A DNA stretch of 64,000 bases from NCBI GenBank assembly GCA_963806855.1, contig CAWDYW010000001.1:1385275-1449274 (forward strand). The letters run 5' to 3'. This DNA comes from an uncultured Verrucomicrobiae bacterium (GTDB lineage Bacteria > Chlamydiota > Chlamydiia > Chlamydiales > Rhabdochlamydiaceae). Below the pieces are notes generated by a model, which did not search any database, had not been told where the DNA came from, and saw only the letters and a list, made by a program, of their open reading frames with translations. The position numbers were made by a program, and so were the translations under genes. The stretch's first letter is position 1. Each line of letters begins with the position of its first letter. Below are positions 29,185 through 39,500 of the stretch, in pieces.

Positions 29185-30555
29185 TTATTTGGAGTTGGCT
29201 CCATTTATGTATTTGCCATTCAACTCACTCAGAGAATCCTGGCTGATTTTTCCAAGATATTGAGGAAGCTCTAGCCCGGCCAGAGAGGCGATATCATGGA
29301 GAGCTGGTAGCGATTTTGTAAATTGGCTGATGAAGTTTGAGGTCGATGACCCTTTTCCATCTGAGCTCCCACTGTCCCAGACTGTAATCTTGTCGATCTT
29401 GATGTTTTTAATCGCTTCCACTTGCAGCTTCACGATCTCTTCAAGTTTTTCTATCAGTAGCATTGTTGCTGCGCTCTTAGCATCTTCTCCGCAAGCTTCA
29501 AAGAGCTGTTTATAGCCTGTAGCCTTGGCATCTAATAGCTTCTGGATCCCTTCTGCTTCGGCTTGTCTGATTGACAGGATTGCTTCGGCTTCACCACGTG
29601 CTATGATGACTTTGCTTTGAGCTTCTGCCTCGGCATCAATTTGCATTTTTCGTTTCTTAATCTCTTGAGGAACAATTTGCTCGGCTTCTAAAAGTTGTGT
29701 CTGCGCTAAGGCGCGGGCTTTTTGAATCATCGCTTCAGCATTTTGCTTAGCAACTTGACTGCGCTGGGCAGCTTCTGCTTCTTTTTCAGCTAATACAGCA
29801 TTTGTCAAGGCCATTTGAGCTTTGGAGTCGTTTTCCCCTTTGATTGCTTCGGCATTATAAGAGGCAACAGAGACTCTGCGGTCTCTTTCTGCTAATGATT
29901 TTCCGATATCCCCTTGCTTTTCTTGCTCTGCCACATCGACTTTAGCCTGATTCACAGCCATGGAAGAGGCTTTCATCCCAATGCTTTCAATATAATTTGA
30001 CTCGTCGGTGATATCTGTGATGTTGACGTTCAACAAAGTCAGTCCGATCTTATGCAGTTCAGGCTCGATATTTTTCTTAATGGAATCTAAAAAGCGTTCT
30101 CTATCTTGGTTGATCTCTTCGATCCGTAGTGAAGCGACTGTCAGGCGAAGCTGGCCGATGATAATTTCTGTGGCCATCGACTCAATTTCTTTATGGCCCA
30201 GGTCCAGCATCCTGACGGCCGCATTGTTCATCACGTCGGGGGTGATGCCAACAGCGACTGTAAACGTGCTTGGTACGTTCACGCGGATGTTTTGATGGGA
30301 AAGAGCTCCCTTTAATGGAATGTGGATGGTGCGTGGCGTTAAGTCCAAGAAAGCATATCCCTGGATCAATGGCCATATGAATGTTCCTCCGCCATGGTAG
30401 CACTGGACGGTCTTGCTGCCTGCTACGCGTCCATAAACAACCAGGACTTTGTTCGAGGGGCATCGGCGATACAATTTCGCAAGAAAATACAATGTCGAGA
30501 AAATGAATAAAAGAAATCCTGCTACAGTGATGCTTAAATAGGAAATATCAAACAT
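29185..30555 (-). CDS. Flotillin/SPFH-domain protein
   Basis: N-terminal TM, SPFH domain (GGGTFIWPLIQ, IIGQLR, NVNITDITD), AEA-rich coiled coil, IDKITVWD; ATG 30555 after AGAGGT. Confidence 0.92.
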   Translation of the reverse strand: MFDISYLSITVAGFLLFIFSTLYFLAKLYRRCPSNKVLVVYGRVAGSKTVQCYHGGGTFIWPLIQGYAFLDLTPRTIHIPLKGALSHQNIRVNVPSTFTVAVGITPDVMNNAAVRMLDLGHKEIESMATEIIIGQLRLTVASLRIEEINQDRERFLDSIKKNIEPELHKIGLTLLNVNITDITDESNYIESIGMKASSMAVNQAKVDVAEQEKQGDIGKSLAERDRRVSVASYNAEAIKGENDSKAQMALTNAVLAEKEAEAAQRSQVAKQNAEAMIQKARALAQTQLLEAEQIVPQEIKKRKMQIDAEAEAQSKVIIARGEAEAILSIRQAEAEGIQKLLDAKATGYKQLFEACGEDAKSAATMLLIEKLEEIVKLQVEAIKNIKIDKITVWDSGSSDGKGSSTSNFISQFTKSLPALHDIASLAGLELPQYLGKISQDSLSELNGKYINGANSK

Positions 30556-30565
30556 AAGTACCTCT

Positions 30566-31173
30566 TTATAATGGTGTAACGACAACTGTGTTGTCGTCTT
30601 TTTTTTCAATAATTTTTACGCGCATAAATGAAGGCAGGTCTTCATGGATGTGAGAGATGGCATCAATTTCATGTGTTAAATGTTGCAGAGAAATTGAAAT
30701 TTTGCCGATGCCTCCTTTGGGGATGCGTTGATAGACATAAGCCTCTTTTCCAATCGCATCTTCAATTCTATAGACGCTCCCAGAACTTTGAAGCTTTTTT
30801 GCTAATTTAAAAATAGAGCGAATAATGAGGGCTGCAACAAATGCCTGCCGCAAGGGATATTCCAATCGTAGTGATGTTTTGAAGTCCAAATTCATTTTGG
30901 CATGTGATGGCTGTCCATCCAAACATCATCAAAAAACCAGTGATGGCTTGCATTGAAAACCACTTGAATTTTCTGGCATCTGCTGAGTCATGTCCTGCAT
31001 CGTGAATATTATCGGTAGCAACATTCACAGGTATCAAAGCTATCATGATCACCAATACCGAAGATGTTAATCATGAATTGAATAATAAACATCCCTGAGC
31101 CAGCAAGTGCGCAAAACCAAAAAATGGAACCCGATTTAATCAATTCGCTAAAATAATTAATATAATAAAACAT
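30566..31173 (-). CDS. NfeD-like flotillin partner (two frameshifts)
   Basis: TM segments (FWFCALAGSGMF, GFLMMFGW) and C-terminal OB-fold-like DAIGKEAYVYQRIP..GKISI..VVVTPL in successive frames; canonical nfeD-flotillin order. Confidence 0.75.
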
Positions 31174-31227
31174 AATTGGCAATGATAATGCTACAAATTT
31201 TGATTAATTGCAAGATCAAAACCTTTA

Positions 31228-31280
31228 ACTCGACTTTGGCATAAAAAGTCAGCACTTTAGAGCAATTTTCTCGTTGGACA
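31228..31280. mobile_element. Degenerate left arm of a type A-like element
   Basis: tta-actcgactttg matches the terminus at 17335; gcataaaaagtc is roughly complementary to gacttttattcc at 31453-31464 beyond the type C element. Confidence 0.45.
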
Positions 31281-31447
31281 TATACCGAAATTGATTCAAA
31301 AATCGGTTTTTGGGCGGGTTCAAAGCCCCGCGGTTGAGACTATCGACAAGGGGATAGTATTAACTCAATACAACCCCCTTGTCGATAGCTCAACCCGGGA
31401 GCTTTCAATCCCGCCCAAAAACCGATTTTTGAATCAATTTCGGTATA
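31281..31447. mobile_element. Palindromic miniature element, type C
   Basis: tataccgaaattgattcaaaaatcggtttttgggcggg...cccgcccaaaaaccgatttttgaatcaatttcggtata; 167 bp TA to TA; one frame open throughout. Confidence 0.9.
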
Positions 31448-31586
31448 CCCAGGACTTTTATTCCTTGATCTTTGGGGCAAGCTTCTGATAGACTCTTATT
31501 GTATTATTTAAAGTTATTTTGATCTGGACCTGGATAAGAGAAATGGGGCGAATTGGCTCCTGCCGGGTCCGTACCCCCCTATTGCT

Positions 31587-32810
31587 ATGGAACGTAAAAA
31601 AGAACTCAAATTTTTATTTCTTATTATCATCGTCTTCATTGCTGCCTGCATTGAAACAGACATCTACCTGCCCGCATTTCCCGACATGATGAAATGGTTT
31701 AAGGCATCCGAAAGTCAAATCCAATCTCTGCTCACCTGGAACTTTGTCGGCATCTGCATAGCCGGTCCATTCTATGGCCCCATCTCCGACTCTTGGGGTC
31801 GAAAAAAGCCTCTTCTGATCGCCTTGGGCATGTTTCTAGCTGGGAGCCTGATGACCATCTTCGCTCAAAGCCTCGACCAAATGCTATGGGGGCGCATCCT
31901 TCAGGGCATTGGAAGCGGCGGCTGCTTCACTCTTGGCACCGCGATCATCTTCGACGCATTCCAGAAAGAGCGGGCCATCGACGCGCTCAATAAATTGAAC
32001 ACCACGATCCCCCTCATCATGGCCGCCGCGCCGATGCTTGGTGGCTATCTCAATTACAACTTTGGGTTTCGCTCGAACTTTTTGGCTATCGCCCTCTTCG
32101 TCGCCCTCAGCTTACTGATCTCCATTTTCCAATTTGAGGAGACACTGCCCAAGGAAAACCGCCTTCCCCTCAACTTCTCCAAGGTCTTTTCCGACTTTAA
32201 GCGGGCGTTCCTTTGCCTCCCCTTTTGGCAAATTACCTTGGCGACGAGCGTCCTCTTTGGAGGCTACATCGCCTTCCTATCGGGGATTTCGGTCCTCTTT
32301 GTCGTCGAATTTGGAATGAGCAAGGCGATCTTTCCCTTCATCCAAGCCGCCGTACTCGCTGGCTGGGTAGTGGGAAGTCTGACGATCAAGCGGTCAATCA
32401 AAAAATGGACAATCCCCAAGGTCAAACGATCCGGTATTGTCCTTTGCGTGCTCGGCGGAGCTTTCTTAGGCTTGATGACTCTCGTTGCCCCGCGAGACCC
32501 CTACCTGCTGACGATTGGGATGGTGGTCCTTGCCTTCGGAGCCAACTGGGTGATTGGCCTCTATTTCCCTGAAGGGATGGAACTCCTCCCTGACATCAAG
32601 GGCATCACTGCCAGCCTGATGACCAGCGCTCGTCTGCTGATCGCCGCCGTAGTCGTCGGCCTCACCAGCAGTCTCTATGATGGGACGATCTATCCGGTCA
32701 CACTCATGGTTCTGGCGACAATTGCGATCTTCCTGCCCCTGCTGATCCAATTCGACCGCAAGCGACCAGCCAGCGCGAATACCGAGATCACTGAGACCAT
32801 CAATCACTGA
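31587..32810 (+). CDS. MFS drug/H+ antiporter (Bcr/CflA type)
   Basis: ETDIYLPAFP, GPISDSWGRKK motif A, GRILQGIG, 12-TM pattern. Confidence 0.92.
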   Translation: MERKKELKFLFLIIIVFIAACIETDIYLPAFPDMMKWFKASESQIQSLLTWNFVGICIAGPFYGPISDSWGRKKPLLIALGMFLAGSLMTIFAQSLDQMLWGRILQGIGSGGCFTLGTAIIFDAFQKERAIDALNKLNTTIPLIMAAAPMLGGYLNYNFGFRSNFLAIALFVALSLLISIFQFEETLPKENRLPLNFSKVFSDFKRAFLCLPFWQITLATSVLFGGYIAFLSGISVLFVVEFGMSKAIFPFIQAAVLAGWVVGSLTIKRSIKKWTIPKVKRSGIVLCVLGGAFLGLMTLVAPRDPYLLTIGMVVLAFGANWVIGLYFPEGMELLPDIKGITASLMTSARLLIAAVVVGLTSSLYDGTIYPVTLMVLATIAIFLPLLIQFDRKRPASANTEITETINH

Positions 32811-32815
32811 CCTGT

Positions 32816-32850
32816 TTCAACGCAAAGCGCCTTCGCGTCTTTGCGTTGAA
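32816..32850. repeat. Internally deleted copy of the ACGCAAAG REP-like repeat; probable terminator
   Basis: ttcaacgcaaag...ctttgcgttgaa, between convergent genes. Confidence 0.8.
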
Positions 32851-32888
32851 TGGGAGGTCCAAATTCGAATCAAGTTTTGCAATTCCTT

Positions 32889-33422
32889 CTAATGTTTGGC
32901 AATTTTGCCCATTGCGAGGCCAGCCAAAAACCATTGTACTAAAATAGCCATCATCGAATAGAGAGCAAAGTTCCAGGTATAATACCCTTTGACCATGAAG
33001 GAAAGCTTTGATGCTGCTGCGATGAGAAGACCAATTAAGACAAAAAAGCTGAGCCTTCTTCCATATGACATCAACGGTTTGTGATGCAACAGTAACCAGG
33101 TCGCGACAAACGCCATAAAGACCTTAACAAGCCATGAGCCGATGAGTACCAGGATTAATGGCCGTACGCCTGCCGGATTAATCCCCGTTAGAACCAGCGG
33201 CAACTTACTCTCAATTGCTCTGCTATCTTTTGGATTTGGCATCACGTAGACCCCAGCTGTTGGGCTATTTTTTTTCAAAACTGCAGCCACCTCTTTTTCG
33301 TCTACAAAGCTTTTCACTACAATGCCCTGCCAATATGCTGTTTTCCATGACACTATCGACATCACAAATAAAATCGTTCCGCCAATAAGCGCTGAAATTA
33401 AAAGGGATTTATTGATTTTCAT
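32889..33422 (-). CDS. Four-TM hypothetical membrane protein
   Basis: Hydrophobic segments, GVYVMP motif. Confidence 0.75.
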   Translation of the reverse strand: MKINKSLLISALIGGTILFVMSIVSWKTAYWQGIVVKSFVDEKEVAAVLKKNSPTAGVYVMPNPKDSRAIESKLPLVLTGINPAGVRPLILVLIGSWLVKVFMAFVATWLLLHHKPLMSYGRRLSFFVLIGLLIAAASKLSFMVKGYYTWNFALYSMMAILVQWFLAGLAMGKIAKH

Positions 33423-33540
33423 ACATTTCCTGTTAAGTGTTAAAATTACTGATGCACCCAGATTTGCAAGAGCAAACCATCGCTACTTCCTAATTTTTTT
33501 TTACTACAGGAAAATTTTTTATACTAGACATTTCATCATT

Positions 33541-36500
33541 TTATTGCTGCCGCTCGATCGCTTGATTAAAGACTTTGGCTAAATCGGAGTTGGGAAACCG
33601 TTCTTGGCTCCGCTGCCGATTGCCGAGGACGATCTGGGTGAACCACTGCCGAATGGCTTTGACATCTTTGCCTTGGAGGAACTCGAGCAGAGCGGCTCTC
33701 TCCTCTTCGGTGTAGTCGAGGATCCCATTGACCAGTTTGGCTTGGGCTGTCAATCCATGGAAATGGGCAAGCTCGATCGGCTGGCCACTATGCCGCCAGA
33801 TTTTATTCGTCCCCAGATTGAGTAAGCCTAAGTTGGGGGCATCAGGGATCCGATCTTTCATCAGGGTCTTTATTTGGCTCGCATCGTCTTGGTCGAGAAG
33901 CATTACCCGGATCTCCCCTTTGTCTTCGATCAAGAGAATGTGATTCGTCACGGGATCTTCATATTCATCATAGGGAACAAAACGGACCTGCTTGGCTAGA
34001 TCCTTTGGGGTATAGATGGGCATCCGATTCAGGGAGGTGAGCAGGCGCGGATCGAAGATTGAGGCGATGGGGTGATAATGGCTGAGGGCGTCGGCAACTG
34101 CTACTTGTCGGGCCGGAAGGTTGTTGATGTTAGCCTCGCGCACAAGCGAAGCGGAGGCCGGTTTTAAGAGGTCGGGGGTGAAAAGGGTCTCTTTGGTCCA
34201 GGGAAGGACATCTACTGGCAATTCGGGTCTCTTTTCGTGGACTGCAGTACGCAATTGGACCTGTGTTTTGGTCTTTGTTTTGGTCTCGGTATTGGCCTCT
34301 GTTTTCGTTTTTGCCCTTGTCTTGGTCTTCACTTTGAGTCGGACTCCTGTATCGATTGGTTGGTAGAGATGGCTTGCCATGCGCGGGAGCATTCGATCTG
34401 CGGTCTCACGGAGCTCTTTTTCGATCGCTTGGACATCGCAGTATTGAGCAAGAACAGGATGCTCGGCCAAAGCTATCATCGGCTCGCTCGATAGCACCTC
34501 TTGCAATTCGGCTTCGACCACTTTTTTAGCTTGCTCAAGGCTCTCGCAGGTTCCATAGAGATTGTAAGGATTGGGGTCGATTTCGCGTAGGAATAGCCCT
34601 TTTGTCGCCTGCAGGATCTCGATGATCTGATCGGAGGTGACCTCTGGCTGGACGATCACATTGAAGACTTGGCCGATCAGTTGAGCGCGCAGTTGCTGGC
34701 CAAATGAGCGGTGATTGTCATCGGCAATTCTGAGCGCTTGGCTATAAGCAGCATAGAGGAGTAGGTGACGGAGCTCGAGTTTTTCGATCTTCTGCTTGGT
34801 TAAATTCTCTAGGGTCTCAACTATCACAGCCCGGTCCCCTTCTTCGACTGCAAAACGGACGGTCTGCCCTCGGTCGAGTTTGCGTAGGCGCCAGACGGTT
34901 TGGAGCAGATCACGCATCATGGTATAGCGGCCAAAGGTGACGACGGCGCTCGCGGTGATGCCAAGTGGAATATCGGAACCGGTACAGAGCTCCTGCTTCC
35001 AATAGGGGGCGCGATCTTCTTTAGCTACGCCTGCTCCCAGAAGCGGTTCAGAAGGTCTACCAGGAAGAGCGACCAGGAGATTGTCTTTTTCATCGTAGTA
35101 AGGGACCCCTTTCCATGGCCCTTTTTCGAGGATCTTTCGAGCGACCTCTTCGCCATTGTCATCAGCAAACATGTTGCCCACGTCGGCAATCGCGATACTG
35201 GATTTGCCTTGGAAAAGCTGGTCGAGTTTCCCATCGAGGTCTTTGGCGCTGACGATGGTCACATCCTGGGGGCTATTGGTGTGGAGTAGATGGAGGGTTT
35301 TGGCTTCGGTATCGGAGAGCTGGATAGCTTTAAACATCGCATCGAAGGTCTGCCAGTTCCAGATGGTGCCGCTAAAGCCGCGGGTCGTCATCGCCATCTG
35401 GAAGAGAACAAGCGCATCGGCCTGCAATTGCAGAGGGAAGATTTTGAGCTGAGGGTGGATCGCATATTTCATGGCCAGATCGATGATGAGTCCCGGATCA
35501 TTTTGATTGATGTGGGCTAGGATCTCATCTATTTCTTTGTCGCCGATCCGATTGAGAGGATACCGTTTACCTCCAGTCATCCGCATCAATTGGGCAAAGA
35601 TGGGGCTCTCTTCGGCCGACTTGATCGCCCCTTCAGCGAGGTCTGAGAGGAGCTGATCACGCAGTTCGTGGAATTCTTTGCGGACAAATTCTTTTGGCAA
35701 TCCTTTCGCCAGATAGATCTGGAGAGAATAATTGATCCCCTCTTCGGCAGTTCCATGTTCAGAGCCAATTTCCCAACTCCCCTTTTCAAGGGGCTTCGAA
35801 ATGAGCTTTGTCTCCTCATCTACCTGGTGGTCTTCAACAAGGCCGTAATGTTCGTCGACCCGTTTGCTAAAGGTCTCGGGAATCATTTTATTGAGCTGCT
35901 GCTTGCAGACGGCCAGCTGATTTTTAAGTGAGAGCGACTCGAGGCCAGCTACATAGGCAAAAGCCTCAGGATCCTCTTTATTGAGCAGATAATTTCGGAT
36001 CAGAGACTGATCAAGCTTGCTAATTTCTGGACAAATTTTCCCCGTTAAAATCGCTTCAAGTAGGCGGGGTTTGACGATCTTGTGATGGGTTTCTGCTGTA
36101 AACGGTTTTGTACAGATCGGAGCGAGCTGTGGATCGGTGACCATGAACTTGATCAATTCAGCTGTGGTCGTCTTCAATTCTTCATTGGCCGGTATCCGCT
36201 CTCCATTTGGGCCAGCTAGTGAGAAGATCTGCAATTTGAGGACATCGGCAATCGAGTCGAGCTCATCGAAGGTGATGCTCCCATGATTGCGCAATTTCGC
36301 AAGCACCTGCCGGAAGAGATCGATTTGCCGGGACGAATTTTTATTGAGGACGTCCTCGATGAAGCGAAGCAGGAGGCTCTGCAAACTGCTGCTACTGACC
36401 ATCACCAGTTTGCCAGACTCGCGCGCCTCATCCAATCGGGTAAGAAGCCGCTTAAGAGCGCCGATTTCGAAGTTGGTATCTCGGTCAAAGGTCAAGACAT

Positions 36501-39500
36501 CGATACTGCGGCCAAAGGATTTGCCAAATCGCTCTTCGAGCTCTTGAATTTTATCCGGCATGAGCCCTTCTGGCATCACGATGAGGGATAGCTGCTCTCC
36601 ATTTGCCTCTAGATAGGCGATCAGGGGTATTAAGACGGCTGTCTTTCCGGAGCCCATGATCATCTCGAGCACATTGGATACCTCTTTGCTATGGATCTTC
36701 TCTCCTCTTCTGACTCTATGCATGAGCTCATCGAGTCCAGCCACCTGTCTTTCTTGCAAGAGAATCCCCATGTAGTACTCAAACACTAAATATTCGGGAT
36801 GCTCAGCCGGATCAAATTGTCGCACTGCATCCGATGCAGCTTTGATTTGTCCAATCAAATTCGAGATTTCTTGAGGGGATGTGCCATTTGCCTCTTCGAG
36901 GTCTTTCAATGCTTCGATGACGGCTTGCTTGCGCTGCCGCTCAGTCGCATGGATGAGCAGATCCATGGTCGCTTGTAAGAGCCGATCGATCTCTTGAGCA
37001 GAAAGGCCCGGGTTGAGTTTCTGAATTCTCGCCGGCTGTCGCTGAGTTAATGCGCGCGCAAGATCGAGAAGGGTGACTGGGGTTAAATTGCCACTGGCCA
37101 AGGCAGCCTGATGCGCTGCTTTGAGAGTCGGATCTTGGGGCAGCCGATTGGCAGCCTCTAGGATATTTTTTAACGCAGTCGACTCTCTGCCAGTCATGAC
37201 AAAATGCTCCTGCTCGATTTCCAAGCGGCAACGTCGCAATCCTTCCCGATCCTTTAAACGATAGGTAGGCAAGGCGCTGGTCTGACTCTCGTAGTCTTGT
37301 AGCTTCTGCACTACATCTTCCACGGGTTTCACTTGGAAGATCTTCTGTAGGGCAGCGGTAGAGATCTTTCCAGTAGGGATCGGAGTAATATAGTCATCTA
37401 GATCGGCGATAACAGGCCCTTGCAGCTTGGGCACGCTGTGCAATTTAACGCTATGCTGATAGGCCTCTCGAGCGTCGATCTGTGCGGGAGGCTCACGCCG
37501 GACAATCGGGGCTCTGGCTTTAGTGGTTCCGGAGACAGTGGAAAATTGGGGTTTATAAGGCGAGTCTTTGCTAAAATATTTATGATAAAAATGGGATCTA
37601 TCCATCTCGTTTTCAGATCTTTCTTGGTGGCTCCAACCGCCATCTGTTTTGCGTACTGTTTCAATGATTTCAGCTCTAGAGGGCAACTGCACGGGGCCTT
37701 CCATCAATGCAATGATAAGCACTTTGGCTAAAACCTTTGTTGCATCAGAGACGCGGCCGGAACGGACGACTTGAAGGGCGGTCAGCAATTCCTCATAGGC
37801 TTGTTCAGCATCGAGTTCTGCAGAGAGGAAGGTTCCGGTGAGCCGTCGGTAGGCAGCTTGGTAATCTGATCGCAAAATCGCTTCATAGATGTCATAGAAA
37901 TTTTTTCCATTCAACCCGGCTCTCAGAAGCCCTTCTCTCGCATCATTTCCAGACAAGGCGTCGAAGAAGAGTTTCCAATTCTGCTCTCTTCTACCTTGCG
38001 ACTTCTCAATATATCCATCCGGAATCTGCATTTGAACATTCTTTGACTCACCTGATCGAGAGATCCCTAGCTGCTCTTGAATTAAGTGCTCTTCTTCTTT
38101 CGTCAGCGCAAGCTCTGGCGTAAATTCGAGTTGATGCCGATATTTGCTGTAGTCGCGATTTTCTGAGGGCATCTTTGCCTCTTTGCCAAAGTCGAGATGA
38201 TGTCGAATGCGCGCCGCAAAAGCGATCATCCGGACTGCGTTTCCTTGAGGAGAATGGTCATGATTGAATTTATTGAGCTCAATCATCTTGTCGAGAAGCT
38301 TCAGCTCTTCCGCTGTATAGGGGCTGTGCTGTCCCCCATAACCGCGGATCAATTCGGCAGCTAACTCGTAGTTGTGGTGCCATAAATGGACCATCGCCAA
38401 ATGAAAACGGCCTTCGATGGGTCTAGGAATTAGCGTGCGGTCCATTGGATCCACATCGTAAAGGGCATAACGTTGCTTAGGTGCGCGGATGTCTCGAAGC
38501 AAGACCGCCTCTGGATCGAATGCATGGCTTCTCGACTCTGCGAAATGCTGAAGGGGCATCGCGATCACTTGTTGGGTATTTTGATTCCGGTCTAAGCGAT
38601 CGAGCACGAGATAATTTTCGATTTTCTCCAGATAGGAATGGCGCTGAATGGGATGGAGGAAGTACCCCGAAAGCTGATCACACCTAATTTTCCCTTCCCC
38701 ATCGACAGTGAAGCTTAAATTAAAGCGAGGGAACTCAATGGCGGCGAGTTTCCCATTATTTGGATCTGTCCAGGCCAAAATCCAGGAGGGATCTTCGAAT
38801 TTTGTAAGGAAGTTAAACGATTGCGCGACCTTAGCCAGCACGAGGCCATCGTGTCGGGTGATCTTTTCATTACGGATCTGGAATTTCTCCTTCCCCGTCC
38901 CAATCTCTAAAATGCGTGTCTCTTCATTGTTTGACCAAACAAGATTTCCACTCTCAAGAGCTCTAATGCCATAACAGACCTCAAGGGGATTGAGCTGTAA
39001 CTGGTAAAATTTGCCGTCGATCTCACGCTGGTAGAAAGCCTCATCATTTTTAGCAACCATCCGCACCCCTTCTGGAGTCGTAAAGAGAAATCCCCCATCT
39101 GGAGTCTGAACAGCCTTAATGGCCTCAGGATTGCTGGTAAGCTGGTATTGCTTTAGACGCTCGCGAATCTCTTCGGGCAAAGCGCGAGGAGTCAGGCCAA
39201 CCTCATAATAGCTTCCTTTCAAGACATTAAGCGTGATCCGCCCATCGGTGGTTTGGAATAGAGGGAAATCTCCATGGACCTTCCACTCCTGGGCCTTGTG
39301 GTGGGGTAAAACGTTCTGGAGTATCGTATTGAGGTGCCGATTCCGATCGGGGCCCATAAAGAGAGCCCTGATGGCAACGCGGTGCTCGATTGGCAAATCA
39401 CGCCTAATCTCATCATCGAACGGAGTAAACTCGAAAGGATAGAGATTTTGCTGGATTCCCAGGGTGACGATATCGAGGGGATCTTGTGAACTCTTGGCCA

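Noticed and set aside
29037..29246. ORFs over tRNA-Ser (also 28863..29204)
   Set aside because: Translations of the tRNA and its terminator
29031..31450. tRNA-Ser-anchored integrative island
   Set aside because: No integrase and no duplicated tRNA 3' end found by eye
31291..31488. Standalone 65-aa CDS
   Set aside because: It is the open frame of palindromic element C, with no RBS
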